Under the pieces are notes generated by a model. That model was not told where the DNA came from. It saw only the letters and a program-made list of their open reading frames with translations, and did no database searches. Source: Gnetum montanum (Eukaryota; Plantae; Gnetophyta). From it: 64,000 nucleotides of DNA. The DNA lies in assembly GCA_015680685.1 (NCBI GenBank), contig MNCI01000744.1:47783-111782 (forward strand), read 5' to 3'. A program made the position numbers and the translations under genes. Shown piece by piece: positions 1 to 13,500 of this stretch (position 1 is its first letter; every line of letters starts with the position of its first letter).

Positions 1-1285
1 TTCTGAATACAGTGAACGAACATGTGCCCAAGTCCATACTATTGTAGATTTGGCAGGAAGCCATAGTGTTGATAGAAAGATTTCTAGTACACTTTGGTAG
101 CTTGGCTAAGCTATTGGAAATTCATTTCGCGTTTTTGCCTTGCCTACGACAAAGACTACAAGTGAACCTACCTCAATACTTCCTTGTAGCATTGCAATGC
201 AAGCTTTCAAGTAGGCATTCTGGTCTTATCTTGGCGCTATGGAGGGCTAGGATGCTAGTGCTTCCACAGGTGCTGACATCAAAGCCTACGGTAGTCTACT
301 ATAGAAGGCACATTCAGTCCAAGGGGACAAGGTCAATGTTGCTCTCAGGGGAGGTGCAAATGCCTAGGCCTATCACTTGGCATGAGGTGACGCTAGAGAA
401 GGTTGGGCCATCAAGGGAGGATGCATAGAAGAGGTAGGAGGAGGAGGAGGCAGATGCTCACATTGAGATCGGGGCCCAAATTCAAAGAGTCATGGAGGAG
501 GTGGTCGAGCATGCCCAGGTGGAGGAGAGGACTGTTTGGAAGGCCTAGTGGAAAGCAAGGAAGGAGGATCTACAACAGCAAGTAGATTTGGCCACACAGC
601 AGTGGGCATCATTGGAAGTGGAGATGTATAGTAGCAAACAAAGGTAAGAGGAATCAACCAAGGGGCTACTGATAGACAAGTTGCACTTACAAATCTAGGC
701 AGAGTTACAGGAGGAGGGTTGGCACCGTCAAACGGTGGAATGGGAGCCTAGGATGAAGCAGGATAGGCGAGGCACTAGGATTGTTCAACTCCAGTTGCAA
801 CTGGACGGAGCTATAGTAACTAACACTCACGGTTGGGTCGGACACATGAGAGATGATGGTAGGACGAACCATGGAAGCAGTGATGGATAGGTGGCTCTTG
901 GAGGTGGGGATCTAATGGGTGTTGGGCACTAAGAAATGGGAGTGTCTTTGTGGCATTGTCTGCGCAGGGTTATAGAGTTTTGAAGGAACTAATATGTTTA
1001 CAAAGGTTGGAGTCTGAAGGTTTGGGATGGGGGGCTCTTGATTTGGGTAACTAGGGGTCTATGGCCTATATAGCTGCATTACTAACTCTATTTTTTTGGG
1101 TGCGGCCACCGTTGGACTAATGGCTATTTTTGGGGGTCTTTGGGTAGGGCTGGGTTCCTAGTGGTTGAGGCTGCCAATTTTTTGATGTCTTACTGGTCAC
1201 TAACGGCCTCTCTAGCCTGCATTGTAAATATTTGTTTATTTATATAAATCCTGATCTTTTCCCAAAAAAAGAAAAAAAAAAGAAA
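1..1285 (+). mobile_element. 3' part of an L1 LINE (extension domain, coiled coil, 3' UTR, poly(A)); no J-domain recognisable
   Basis: ORF 66-428 (FLVHFGSLAKLLEIHFAFLPCL..QVNLPQYFL..RHSGLILALW) is homologous to the extension of the other copies; poly(A) at 1264-1284. Confidence 0.8.
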
Positions 1286-1532
1286 TTGCTTCCTCTCTCC
1301 ATGTATAATGTTCTAGATAAATCAGCTAAATACATTTCTACTTCCTTATTGCTTCTATCATACTAGCTCCAAGCATTCACATCTCAAAAAAATTGCCTTA
1401 ATGTAATACCAAAAAAATTTGAACATTCAATATCATTCTTACTACTTGAAAACAAAATCTAAATAACGCTAAATTATTTATTTGTTAAAGTATATGCAAA
1501 TCTGTTACACAATGAATTGCAAAGTTTCCTAC

Positions 1533-1598
1533 CTTCAAATTTATAATCCTTGCCAAAAGTGTTGAAATCTTCAATGTAAACAATGGTGATGGAGATGT
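1533..1598 (-). CDS. WD40 gene exon (TSPSPLFTLKISTLLARIINLK)
   Basis: ttgcag acceptor, aag|gtagga donor; phase 0. Confidence 0.8.
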
Positions 1599-4500
1599 CT
1601 GCAAACAATGTCTATTTAACTGTGTTAAATTATTTAAAAAAAAACATACACATACAGAAAAAGAAAATTCAAAGAAACCAAAAAATACAGAGTATTTTAC
1701 AATCCATCAACCTTTTAGTATAATTTTAATGTACCATCAACAAACAAAAGCATCATATATAAACAAAGGAATCAACACTTGTTAATCAACTAGGATGCAG
1801 TGCCATCTTTTTGTACAAACAACATAATTACTTTATCTTATATGTTGTCAAAAGTGATAAATTAGATGGACTTAAACTTGTTTTCAAACCTCATATATCA
1901 TTAAATATGAGTCTTATGGTTACATGTTAATGTAAAAATTTTTAATTTGACTATCTAAGAAAAATTACTATTTCTTACAATTAAAAAATATATTTTTTCA
2001 TTGTTGAATGAGACAAAGAAAGTTTAACACCATTCTAGAATAATACTTAAATATTAATGGAAATATAGAACTTTGAATGGAGGGCAACGCAGCAATCACA
2101 AGGACCTTTATGGGCAAGACAGGCAGGCCGGGCAGGACAAGCAGAGTGGCTGGGGTAGGTAGGATGACATGCAGGCCAGGCGGAGTGGATGCTAGGGGAG
2201 GGATGAGGGACCCAGACACAATGGGTGGCCCAGCTAGGGGGGGATTGCATGGCTGATGGATCAAGAGGCCTAGTGAAGGGGAAAGGCAAGAGTCGATAGG
2301 AGAAAAATGGGTCAGTTTGGCGACCGAGGATTGGGGGTGTAGACAAGTGTGTGCAAGACAAAGGCTCCTTGCATTTTAAAATGCAGGCCAAGGAGGGTCT
2401 GTGGGCCATGGACATAGGTTTAATCAACAAGTTCTTCTTTGCTAGTGCACCACTGCTGCTTGAACAGGTAAAGAAGTGGGTGGTGATTCATTCGAATTTC
2501 TACCCCGTCAAGGTACACTATCTTGTGGGTAGGCTCTTCTTGTTTGTCTTCAAGTGCTTGCAAGACAGAGAGTGAGTTCTGATGGGGGGCCCAAGCTCTT
2601 TGGGGCGAGGAGTTTGACGTTGACCTACTGGTAGTCAGGGGCCCATAGAGATCCCAAGTTGTTTTCCAAGGCCCTAGTCTAGGTCCAGGTGTCCGATATC
2701 CAATGGGAAATCTAGACAAAGGAGTTTCTTCATACCTTGGCCAGTTGCCTTGGTGAATTCATTTGTTTCGACTATGCAACAGGTTCCCTAGAGTAGATGG
2801 TCTTTGCCTATTTTTGTGTGTGGTGATCCCTTTCGCTTGAGGACCTAATTCAAGAGATTACCCTTGATTACTCAGCAAGGGATGAAAAGGTGAGAATAAA
2901 GTATGAGAATGTGAAGGTTGATCCCTCGGGCAGTAAGGAGACCTCAGGAGTACATTCATGTGCCATCTGTGGAAAGGCTAGTCACCTGGCTGTGGCCTGT
3001 AAAGTTGGGCGTAAGGCATAGGCTCCAAAGAATGGAGGCAATGATTGGACCCTGGTAACTTGACAAAGGCAGGTGATGCAACATCAAGACAAGAAGATAG
3101 AGATTTTGAAGATGGGAGGGAACTCAAAGTCTCCACGGCAAAAGTCATCGATGGTTGCAAGGGGTCATGAGCCTAGTCACCAGCCTATCCAAGAGGTTAG
3201 CAAAGGAGACCAATTGTCTTAGGGTGTGATGGAGGACCTGCCTGTGCAACCTACTTGTCAAGAGGAGGATCCAGGATCACCACTTTCACTAGCATCTAGT
3301 AAGTTGATGAGGTTGTTTGGATCATCAGGCTCTCTGGGGTCGCCTGGCAAAGGTGACTCTTGGGAGGAGCTCAATAATGCAAAGGCCAAGCTCCCCCGCT
3401 TGATCGATTGGATTTTGGTGGTCAAGGGAAGCCCCATGCCATCTATAGAGGAGATTGTGAGAAGCGATGGTGGTGCAAGGTATGAGGGTGCTTTTGTGGT
3501 CTCGTTTAATGTTGATAAAGTGGGGAGGTCATCGACTTCGCTTGCCCTAACCAAGTAAACTTAGATGGAGGTGGATTTGGGGGTCCAGCTGACCCTCAAT
3601 GAGGTCTATAAACGCACAAGATGTCAGACATGAGGTTCCTTTCATGGAATTGTAGGGGGCAAGGTACCTCCTATAAACGCAATACCCTAAAGGAAATCGT
3701 GAGGCAAGAGAAGTGCGAGGTGGTCAATATGCAAGAAACCAAGTTGTAGCAGCCGAAGTCTCATTGGCTCTAGTGGCCAAGATGGCATGTTCAAGTCGTC
3801 CCTAGTTGAGGTAGGGTGGGCAATTTGGCCCTACTATTGCAAGAGTGGTTGGAGGTGCTAGACTACTCTAGGTGGAGTATTACAGCTCTTCTTTCAAATT
3901 CCAGAATTTGGATTACAAATTTTTAGGGGGCCAAATATTGGGAGGGTTGTTTTCAGGAGTTGTTGCAAGTTGCAGCACTCATGCTAGACTAGCAATGTTG
4001 GATGATCCTTGGGGATTTCAACCAGCACCTCTATGGATGGGAGAAATCGGGTGCAAGAGCTAAAGATCCATCAGGAGCTCAGGAATGCCTAGAATTTCTA
4101 GAGAAGAATGAGCTGGTCGATTTGGAGATTCAGGGGTGCCAATTCACGTGGAGTAACCAACAAAAAGGGAATGACTAGGTTTTGACCAAGTTTGACTATG
4201 TCTAGGTCAGTTTCCATCTTTTCATAACAAAAGGGATCATGGCGTTGGGCCTAGAAAGAGTGGCCTTGGACCATTGTGCTATCATTTGTTGTGTGGGTGA
4301 TGGTCAACCAAGGAGAGCAGGGCCATTTTCGTTTGAGCATTATTGTATCCACAAGTCATGGATGTGACTACTAGTCACCGAAATCTGGGGAACATACATG
4401 TGGTCTCAAGACCCTCAGGATTTCCTAAAGTATGGGTTATCTCGATTAAAGTAGTCTCTGAAACGGATCAATGCCGAGGAGAAGTATTCGTTCAGAAATG

Positions 4501-7500
4501 AGAGAGGGAGGCTCACACAATGGCTTCTAGAGATCCAGAATAGATAAAAGGCTAGTTAGGATCTGGAGCAGGAGAAGAGGGAGGTTCTCACCCTGGTGCA
4601 GGCGATGGACCATGCAGCAGAGGCCTACTAGTGACAATGGTCTAGGATGCAATGGCTGAAAGATGGGGACTGAAACACACATTTCTTTTTCACGGAAGCC
4701 TCAACGGCAAAAGCGGATTTCTCATCTCTCCTTCCAAGGACGTGAGATTGTGGGGGAGGAGAACATTGCTCAGACACTGATGAAATTTTGGTCTGACATC
4801 TAGAGGAGCCAACCAGTGCAATTGCTATCTATTAATGTCAAGTATGTTCTTCAAAATGAGGATAATTGTCATTTGTTGTCCCCACCTTTCCATAGCTGAG
4901 TTGGAGGAGGCCTTGGGATCCATGAAAATAGGTACAGCACCAAGACCTAATCGGTGGTTGGTGAAATTCTTTCGAAGCTTCTAGGACCTTCTTCAGGACA
5001 ACATCCTTGATGCTTTCAATGCTATGCTACATTGGCGTCAAATTCGCTAGGAGATAAAATGCGCACAGATTGTGTTAATCCCAAAGTCCAATTTGGCTTT
5101 GAAACCTACCCACTTTCATCCAATCGAAGTTTGCAACACCTTGCTCTATCTCTTTTCCAAGGTGCTAGTGTTGTGGTTAAGTCCGCTGATGATTGCGCTA
5201 GTAGGGGCAAATCAGGCAGGGTTTATTCATGGCAAGCACATCCAACACCAGAACCTTTTGGTGCAAGAGGTCTTACATTCACTCAAAATGACATGTTTCC
5301 CCAGGTTTGTTTTAAGCTCAATATTTCAAAGGCTTATGATACTATATCATGGGAAGCAATAGAGACAATTATGCTAAGAAAAGGGTTCCACCTCAAATTT
5401 GTACAATTATGCCTACCCATTCAATGGTCCAGGGGATTTCTGCTGCACTTAAACGGAAAGTTATTGGGGTTTTCCTCCCTAGCAAGAGGACTACGACAAG
5501 GGGACCCATTGTCCCCCTATTTGTTCACCATGGTCATGGATTCCCTGTACGCATATGCTAAGGTAGAGGGGGTTAGGGGGTTGGAGGTTGCGAGAGTTAA
5601 TCGTTGGTCAAACATTACGTCGACGATATGATTATGGTCTCCCATGTAGTTGTCCTGCAGGCCATTGTAATTAATAATCCACTAGTGCGTCTGGTGGCGG
5701 AGGTAGGCTTGGCGATCAATAAAGGGAAGTCATCAGTACATTTGTTAAACACTCTTGCCAAGGTATGGGGCCTAGTCATTCAGACTTTGGGGGTGCTTCC
5801 CGGTTCATTGGAGGATGCATACTTGGGACTTCCCTTGTATCACTGGCAAAAGAAGAACATTTGGAGTGGTTTAATGCAACAAATTCAAAAGAGAACATCT
5901 CATTAGACAGCTCATTTGCTAAGGCAGGCGAGTTGGGCACTTCTAGCCTCTTTGGTTTTGGCTACCATGGCTAAATATGTGGCTTCAATGGCTTGGCCAC
6001 CTATGGGGAAGGTGGAGAGGATTGATCAAATTGTACGGAACTTCACGTGGTTTGGGGGCAAAGGGGGACAATAGCTCCATTTGGTCAAGTGGGATGTGGT
6101 GGGTCTCTTGAAGAAGGCTGGGGGATGGGCATACCGGAATTTCAGGATATCATTGAATTCGGGAACCATGCCCTTGCTAATAGGATTTTTAGGCCAAAAC
6201 TAGACCCACCACAATGGTCACAGTTGATGGCAGGGAAGTACCAGAGTTGGGAGGCTCGTTCACATGATTCACATGTGCAGGTCCATCTACCAACATGTCA
6301 AAATGGTGATGCCTTGGAGACTCTTGGGGGTCCCACCAAAGGATCTTATTAATCATAGATACCCTGTAGTTCATGATTCAGGGGGATTATGGAAGGGTAA
6401 GCTTCTGAAAAGAATCAATTTTTTCTTATGGCTAATACAGCATTCTGCACTTCCAGTACAAGCAAAACTTAAATGATGGGGGATTAATGTTGAGGACACA
6501 TGTCCTCTATGCATGCCCACCGTGGAAACACAAGAACACCTCCTTTTAAACTACATTTTCACTAGACAAGTTATTCAGGCCACGAATATTCAACAAAATT
6601 TGAAAATTTTCAGCAATTTGATGGCTTCGAAGATTCTTTGGGCATTGTGAAAAGCGCACAATTCACAGGTGTTTCGAGGTGTTGCACTACCCCCACCGGC
6701 ACAAATTGCTACATAGGGCATCAGGCTATGGGTGGAAGCAACAATGGCCATGGAGGTGACACCAACGGTTGAGCCCAGTTGTCATGCTTTTCAGGCCAAT
6801 CCAACTCTCTGGGAGTTGGTGCAATGAGCTGGATGCGTGAACCTTCTCCCTCAAATGCAAGGGGACACGGATTTGGCTGATGAAGGCTTCTTTAGGAATT
6901 GGATGCGTAATGTCACTGTATTTAGGGAGGTGCATATCACTTTGACCATGGAGTCGGTTGCGACGTTGTTGGGCCTACCTTTGGACAGAAAGGTCATCTC
7001 CATCCGCGGGAGGGGATTACAAGACGTTGTGGACTTTTTCTCTAGGCCCATTCCCAAGACAGGGAGTGGTCAAGTCTTGCAGTCGACACTACCTACCCTG
7101 TGGCAAGATGTCGCAGAACTGGTTAAACTATTCTTCATCCAGTCTAGTAACATTTCTAAGCTGATGGGGCTCCACTTCACCTTCATGTGGTGTCTATAGG
7201 GGGATTTGCAAGTCAACTTACTAAATTTTCTCCTAGCCACCTTAAGAAGACAATGATGGGGTCGGCACTCCAGTCTCATCTTAGTGCTATGGTGGGCGAT
7301 GGCTACGAGGGTTTCCTTAGCAAGAGCTGAGGTTGCAAAAGCTTCCTCTTCGGGGGCTAGGGCTTCAACGGGTAGGGTGTATGTCCAAAAGTAGACGAGA
7401 TGTCTAGGGCCGATGGCAATGGAGATCACCAACGGATCGAAAGGTCATGAGGTTGGGGGGTGGTGGCAGATACATTGGATAGTGGAACCCCCGTCCCAAG

Positions 7501-10500
7501 AGCCTAGTGTGACTAGGGGGGTTGGGGAGGAAGTGCCAACCGAGGGTGATGCTCATGTTGGGGGGCGACGACACTAAGTGTGCACCAGGTGGAAGAGGCC
7601 AATTGGCAGAGGCGATGGGATGACCATGTAGCAAAGCTTCGATGCCAACTGGAGGAAGCAACGTGATTGAGGGCCTCTTTCAAGGAAGAGGTGGAGGCAA
7701 TAGCCAACTAGGCCAAACTAGAGGAACGGGAGAGATGATAGGTGGTGCTGACCAAATGCAAGATGGAATTCTTGCACCAGAGGGAGGAGGACAAGCACCT
7801 ATGGCAAGAGCAAGAGCACCATATGAGGGATCTAGCTAAGGCGATAGCCAAGGAAGCCATGGAATGGGAGCTACGGGAGCATTTGACAATGGAACTCTAG
7901 GAGGAGGCTCACCTACAGGAACTTTGGGAACAAGAGGGACAGGAGCATCATGTGCATAAGGAGCAGGAGGTGGTCAAGATCCAACCACAATTGGATCGAG
8001 CACACAAGAAAAGAACCAAAGATTGGCTGGACTAAGGGCAATGCCCATACATGATTATGAACATTGGACACTCCATATCTTGGCATGATGTGTGGTGCCA
8101 CATCAAATGCCATGGGAAAGATTTGCATTCAAACTGCACAAGCACATATGAGGAATGAAGAAGGAAGGTTGAGCAGTTCAAGTCATTTCAAGAGGTGGCA
8201 CACTTTGTTGATTCCAAGCACCATAGACATATGTTGGACATAATCCATGAGGAGGTGAGGCCTTACTATGAGTGCTCGAAGCTCCCCACTAATCCTTAAG
8301 GGTTCGATCTCTGGGGGTGGGGCCCCTTGTTGTGTTTTGGTTCTAGGCCAGTTGTTTAAGCATTGTTCTATGTGGTCCCCTTTTGTTAGGTGTGGCTCAG
8401 GTTAGTTTTTGTGTCCTCCTTTGTATTGTCATATGGCTGGTTTGGTTGGGATGTCCTCCATCCAATTTTGTCTATGTGGGTGGTTGGCAAATCTTGGCCA
8501 GTTTAGGGCTTTCTTGCTTTTGTACAGTTGCGTTTGTTAATCTAACACCTAATCTTTTTCAAAGAAAAAAAAAAGATTAATGGAAATATGACTTATGGTT
8601 TATCTTTGTATATTAAATATTTTAATTAATAAAATACTATCAAAATTCAAAGTCATCTAATCCAGCTCAATTTATGTTTTCAAGCCTACAAATAGGGAGG
8701 GTTTTACATTTGCAGGTACTTTTCTACCATGTCAAGACCACAAACTATTTCAAGTGAGCAAGTGTTAAGATCCACTTTCTCTCTTGTTTGTTTACACTTT
8801 TTCTTTGTTTGTATTCTTTAGGGAAAAAAATAGGTTTACACTTTCTTTGTTAATTTAGGTCCTTCATAATTTACGTTAGATAGATTTCTTTGCTTTTAAA
8901 AAAATAGCTAACTATTCATCCATTGTGTTTGGATATGTTTCTAAGAATATAATGTTTTTTAATATCCTGTTGTGTTTGGTGTTAAGGGACTATCATTTAG
9001 AGAGATCGTAAGGTGCCTAATTCTGAAGTCAAAAGACATGGGTTCAAGCCTAAGCACAACAACTCAAAGATGTTACACTTTCACTCATCCATCAATCCTA
9101 CTTCAAGGGATGAGAATTGAGGCTTCACATAATGATACTTTTGTTATGTGCTATTATGCAATTTTAATTTAATTTTCTATATAAATAGCATCACATTGAA
9201 ATTTCAAAATTTTTTAACTCAAAATAATAGTTAAAGCCATGATGAGCAAAAAGACTTAACCAATCTAAACATGTGTTGCCCCTAGCGTAACGTTAACCTT
9301 AACTGTAAACTATCTCTATGTAAAAAAATAAAAATAAAAATAAAAATAAAAACCTTTCCATTCATACCTATTGCCATAATAGTGAATCATTTGCTCAAGG
9401 TTCTTGACCAAGCTTCAACAAACAGTTTGTAGCTTTTGCTACATTGGAATTTATTTATTTATTTATTTTGGAAAACTCTTTGGATAGTTTTAACAAAATA
9501 TGTACAGAAAAAGTACAAATCAGAAAAACAAAAATGAACCAGAAAGGTCCACAACCAAACAACAAACGAGGAGCCCCCAAGCATCGGGCAAACGAGTTCC
9601 AATACAGCCAAAAGCAGGCATGACCAGCCCCAAAAATTTGCAAACAAGCCGTGGGCAACCCCAAGCCAACAAGAGTGATGCAAAGGAGCATCCCACACTA
9701 GGATTCAAAATAACAAACTAAAAAACTAAACCGAATCGATGAGGTGTCGAAACAACAAAAACAGACAAATCCCCCAAGCCAAACAATAGGACATGATCCT
9801 CATAGAGTACAAAAAGGAAAACCATGAAAAATGCCCCCACCAATATGGGTGTCAGGGCAACCTATCACAACAGCAGTGTGGAATGTGGGTAGCGTATAGC
9901 TCATCTAGCTACATGCAAAATTCATGCGTTGACACAAAGGCCACAGCCTCTTAGAAACATTTGAAAGCTTCCACCGTCCGGGCTTGTTCTTCAATGGATC
10001 CACTTCCATCAGGATGGAGAGGGGCCGGAGCAATGCGAATGTGACGGCACAATGCTAGCCACGTCACCTCACGGTTAATGCGCATCCACATATATGGGCA
10101 TTTCCCAACCTATAGCCAAGCCATGGCATTAGACTTATGAGCCCACATCATTTGGTCTTGTTGTTCTATGTCTTCCTGAGCCTCATGAATTTGCTGCTCT
10201 TTAGCCTCTTGTTCTTGCACCTTTGGCACTACGCCTCATTCTCCATCTCTACCCTAAGCTCAACCCAAATTCATTCTTCAAGTGTATTTTGGGCTAAATT
10301 AGCATTATCAATGCATGTTTGAAGCCTTTCACTAAATCCTTAGTCTACATCTAAAGTTTCCGTTGTTTCTAGTTTTTTCTTTCTTTCTTTCTTTCTTTTC
10401 TTTTCTTTTCTTTTTTTAAGAAACGTCAAGATTATATTACAGCCCCAAACAAAACCATGGAAATAGAAGACATGGGGGCCCAAGAGCAGCATCAAGGAGA

Positions 10501-13500
10501 GCAACACCCTAGAGAAGGGGGTAGAGCTCCCCAAAACAAGGCAGCAGAAAATGACACCACATAGTGCCATAGTAAGAGGGAGAAGAGACAAATTTGCCCA
10601 ATATCCAAGCCAACTAGACAACCATTTTGAAAACCAAATCCCAAGAAACCAATAGACTGCACCCCTTCTTAACAATTGTGAAATTCACCATCAAATAGGT
10701 AAGAGGAGTCTAATACAAGGGCAACATGGCCTTTCCAACATGTGGGCCAAGTCCAAAACATCCTTGTGGTGCTCAAATGCCACAAAAGTTGTAGCCTTGG
10801 ATATGATTTTAAGATTTTAAGTTTTAGATGTTTTCACATTTGTACTATACCTTGGATGCAAGGGGTATTGAGAGATGTCAATTATCATATTGACAATCTC
10901 TTACTACTATATCCTTGGACCATTGATTGCATCACATAATTTTTTTTCTTCTACTTTATTTTAATTCATAGTTATTTATGTTAGTCAATATGCAAGTTGA
11001 ATTTCTAATAATTGATCAACTGTTTGGAAAAAAAAGTTTACCCTTGAATTTTTAGTGAGCTTGTTGGGGACTTCAAGTACTAACTCTTGACCCCTACAAA
11101 TAGGTGTTACAGTATCCCTCACATAAAATGGCAAACCGTGATATAGGACACCAATGGTTATACTCGTAAACATTATATAATGAAATGGTGGAAGTATAAA
11201 AGTGTAAATAACATGCTAACAAATATTATGGAGTTCACGAGTTCACCACAAGGTTAACTAATAAACATAATGGAAAATTGTGGATATAGAACTCCATATT
11301 TTATGATGTATCCCCATGGCTTAGGATATAACACAATGGTTTAGCATATAAATGGTAGTATAATTTATATATGAATGATAAACATCACTAGATACCATAG
11401 ATTGAAGAACCTATGAATATAACACCAACACAAGCTTTAAACATACTACAATTAATCATGGTTGGCACGGTTTAACACTAAATGCAACCCCTATGATATC
11501 TATTGTATTTAGAAAACATGGAACACAGTCTCTAACCATTGTAGTCAACAACCATCAGGAATATCAGCAATTAAAGGCCAAACCGTGAAGTATATCTTTC
11601 ATGGTTATGAACCACAAAGAGAATTCTCAAACTCCAAGTTCCTCTCTTTTATACCTCCATAGGAAATTTTATGACTATTCAGTCACATGTCTTTTAATAA
11701 ACTACTAACCATCATTAGTTTATGATAAGCACTATGTACGATTTAACATATAGATCCATTAATAATGTAACATGTTGAGGTTTCTATTAAGAACCATCAT
11801 TAGTTTATGATAAGCACTATGTACGATTTAACATATAGATCCATTAATAATGTAACATGTTGAGGTTTCTATTAACTCAATATTCTTAACAAAGTTGTCT
11901 AGGAAAGGCATATGGTAAGTAAAGCAAATAAACAAATTTTCACGTATTTAACAAAAAGTGTGAAAGTAACATAATTTTTTAGTAATGTAAATTAGATAAA
12001 TAAACTCAGACAACGTTAATGGAGTAACCAGTCAACGAGATGACAGCTCAAATGATAATTTGTTGGTATACTAACAAATAAGTTATGATTATATTAACAT
12101 CAGCTCGTTGTACACACTAGGGATCACACAGTAAATGGTTCTTCCTTCAAACACAGTAAGACCTATCATAACTATAGCAGAAATATTTCTGTTCTTAATT
12201 ATATTTTGATAGAAATGCTAATAGTTTTGCATCATTCCATGCCCATAATTCTACAGAAGGATACCACCGTGATGCAATTTCATTTGGAAGCACGCAATTT
12301 AACTTCTTAACAGCAATAAATCTATTTTGAAATTTGAATGTTATATTCCAACAGTTTCATGCCTGACTAAGAAACTTGACTGAAGTAGACGACGAATTTC
12401 CTCCACGGAGATCCATTGCATAAACAGTTCCATTTTTGCTTCCAACAACCACTACCTGTTGAGCAAGAAGAACTTTTGTTAATTTTCTGTGCATTCTATT
12501 ATAATAAAGATTTAAAAAGTAACTCTTACAAAATGCACATTATTTTCTTTTCGTAATGTTCTTAATGCTTTTTCCAATCTATCTTATGTATTAAGGGACC
12601 AAATCAGATGGTTTTACAGCTGGCCACTCAGAATGAATTAATCCCAACATAAGAGTCAAAGCCCTGCCTCTCATTCAAGAGTTGCAGATGCCAACAGCCT
12701 AATATGTCATGGGGACTAACATTTTTCTTACAGTTTGCAAAAAACCTTATACAAATATATAAGTTCATCAATCACATGAATTGGTTATCCTGAACATCAA
12801 ATTAGCATCTAACAAAATATTTAAAAATCAACTTTCTGTTTCTGGCATTTTTACCTGCTCATCTGTTGTCAGTTGAAGACAGCTAAGGTGGTTTAAATGG
12901 GGAACAGACATTGTAGAGCATGAAAGCTTGCTAGCTCTTCTATCCCATTGATATAAAGCACCATCTAGACCGCATGCAAACACTCTGTCATGTTCAATAT
13001 CAAACTTAGATGCTTGAAAATTAATTAATGTCAATCAATGCTTCATTACTATATATTTAAATACTTAAATATTAATAATTTTAACACAGTACTGAGATTA
13101 TGTAGAACTGTTGATTCGAAGAAACACTTATGGAAATTACAAGCAAAAGTTGTTGGCCAGATGCATTTGCTCAACACTTTACTTTTGTATGTATCTTTTT
13201 TTTTTTTTTTTTTTTTAGNTTTTTTGAGCTGCAGCGAGATTCTTCTTTGGATCATAATTCATTGGAAATGGACAATGTTGCCAAGCAAAATATTAAAATT
13301 CTCATCCGATACAAATTTACTGAAAAAAGCTACACCCAATAAAAGCTGCCTTATTCCAAAGTAATTATATAGAAATATAATGAAAATAGCAATGAAAAAC
13401 AAACTATAGCAGCCCACTTTTGCCCATGTCATCTTCATACTTAATATCCCATGTTATGTTGTCAGGCTTCTTAGAAATTTCCGTGATGGGTTGTTGGTCT

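Larger units (their letters stand above)
2067..8575 (+). mobile_element. Full-length, degenerate L1-clade LINE (6.5 kb) with a 14-bp TSD
   Basis: TSD ATTAATGGAAATAT at 2053-2066 and 8576-8589; A-rich tail 8561-8574; ORF1 and extended ORF2 are both present with stops and frameshifts. Confidence 0.95.
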
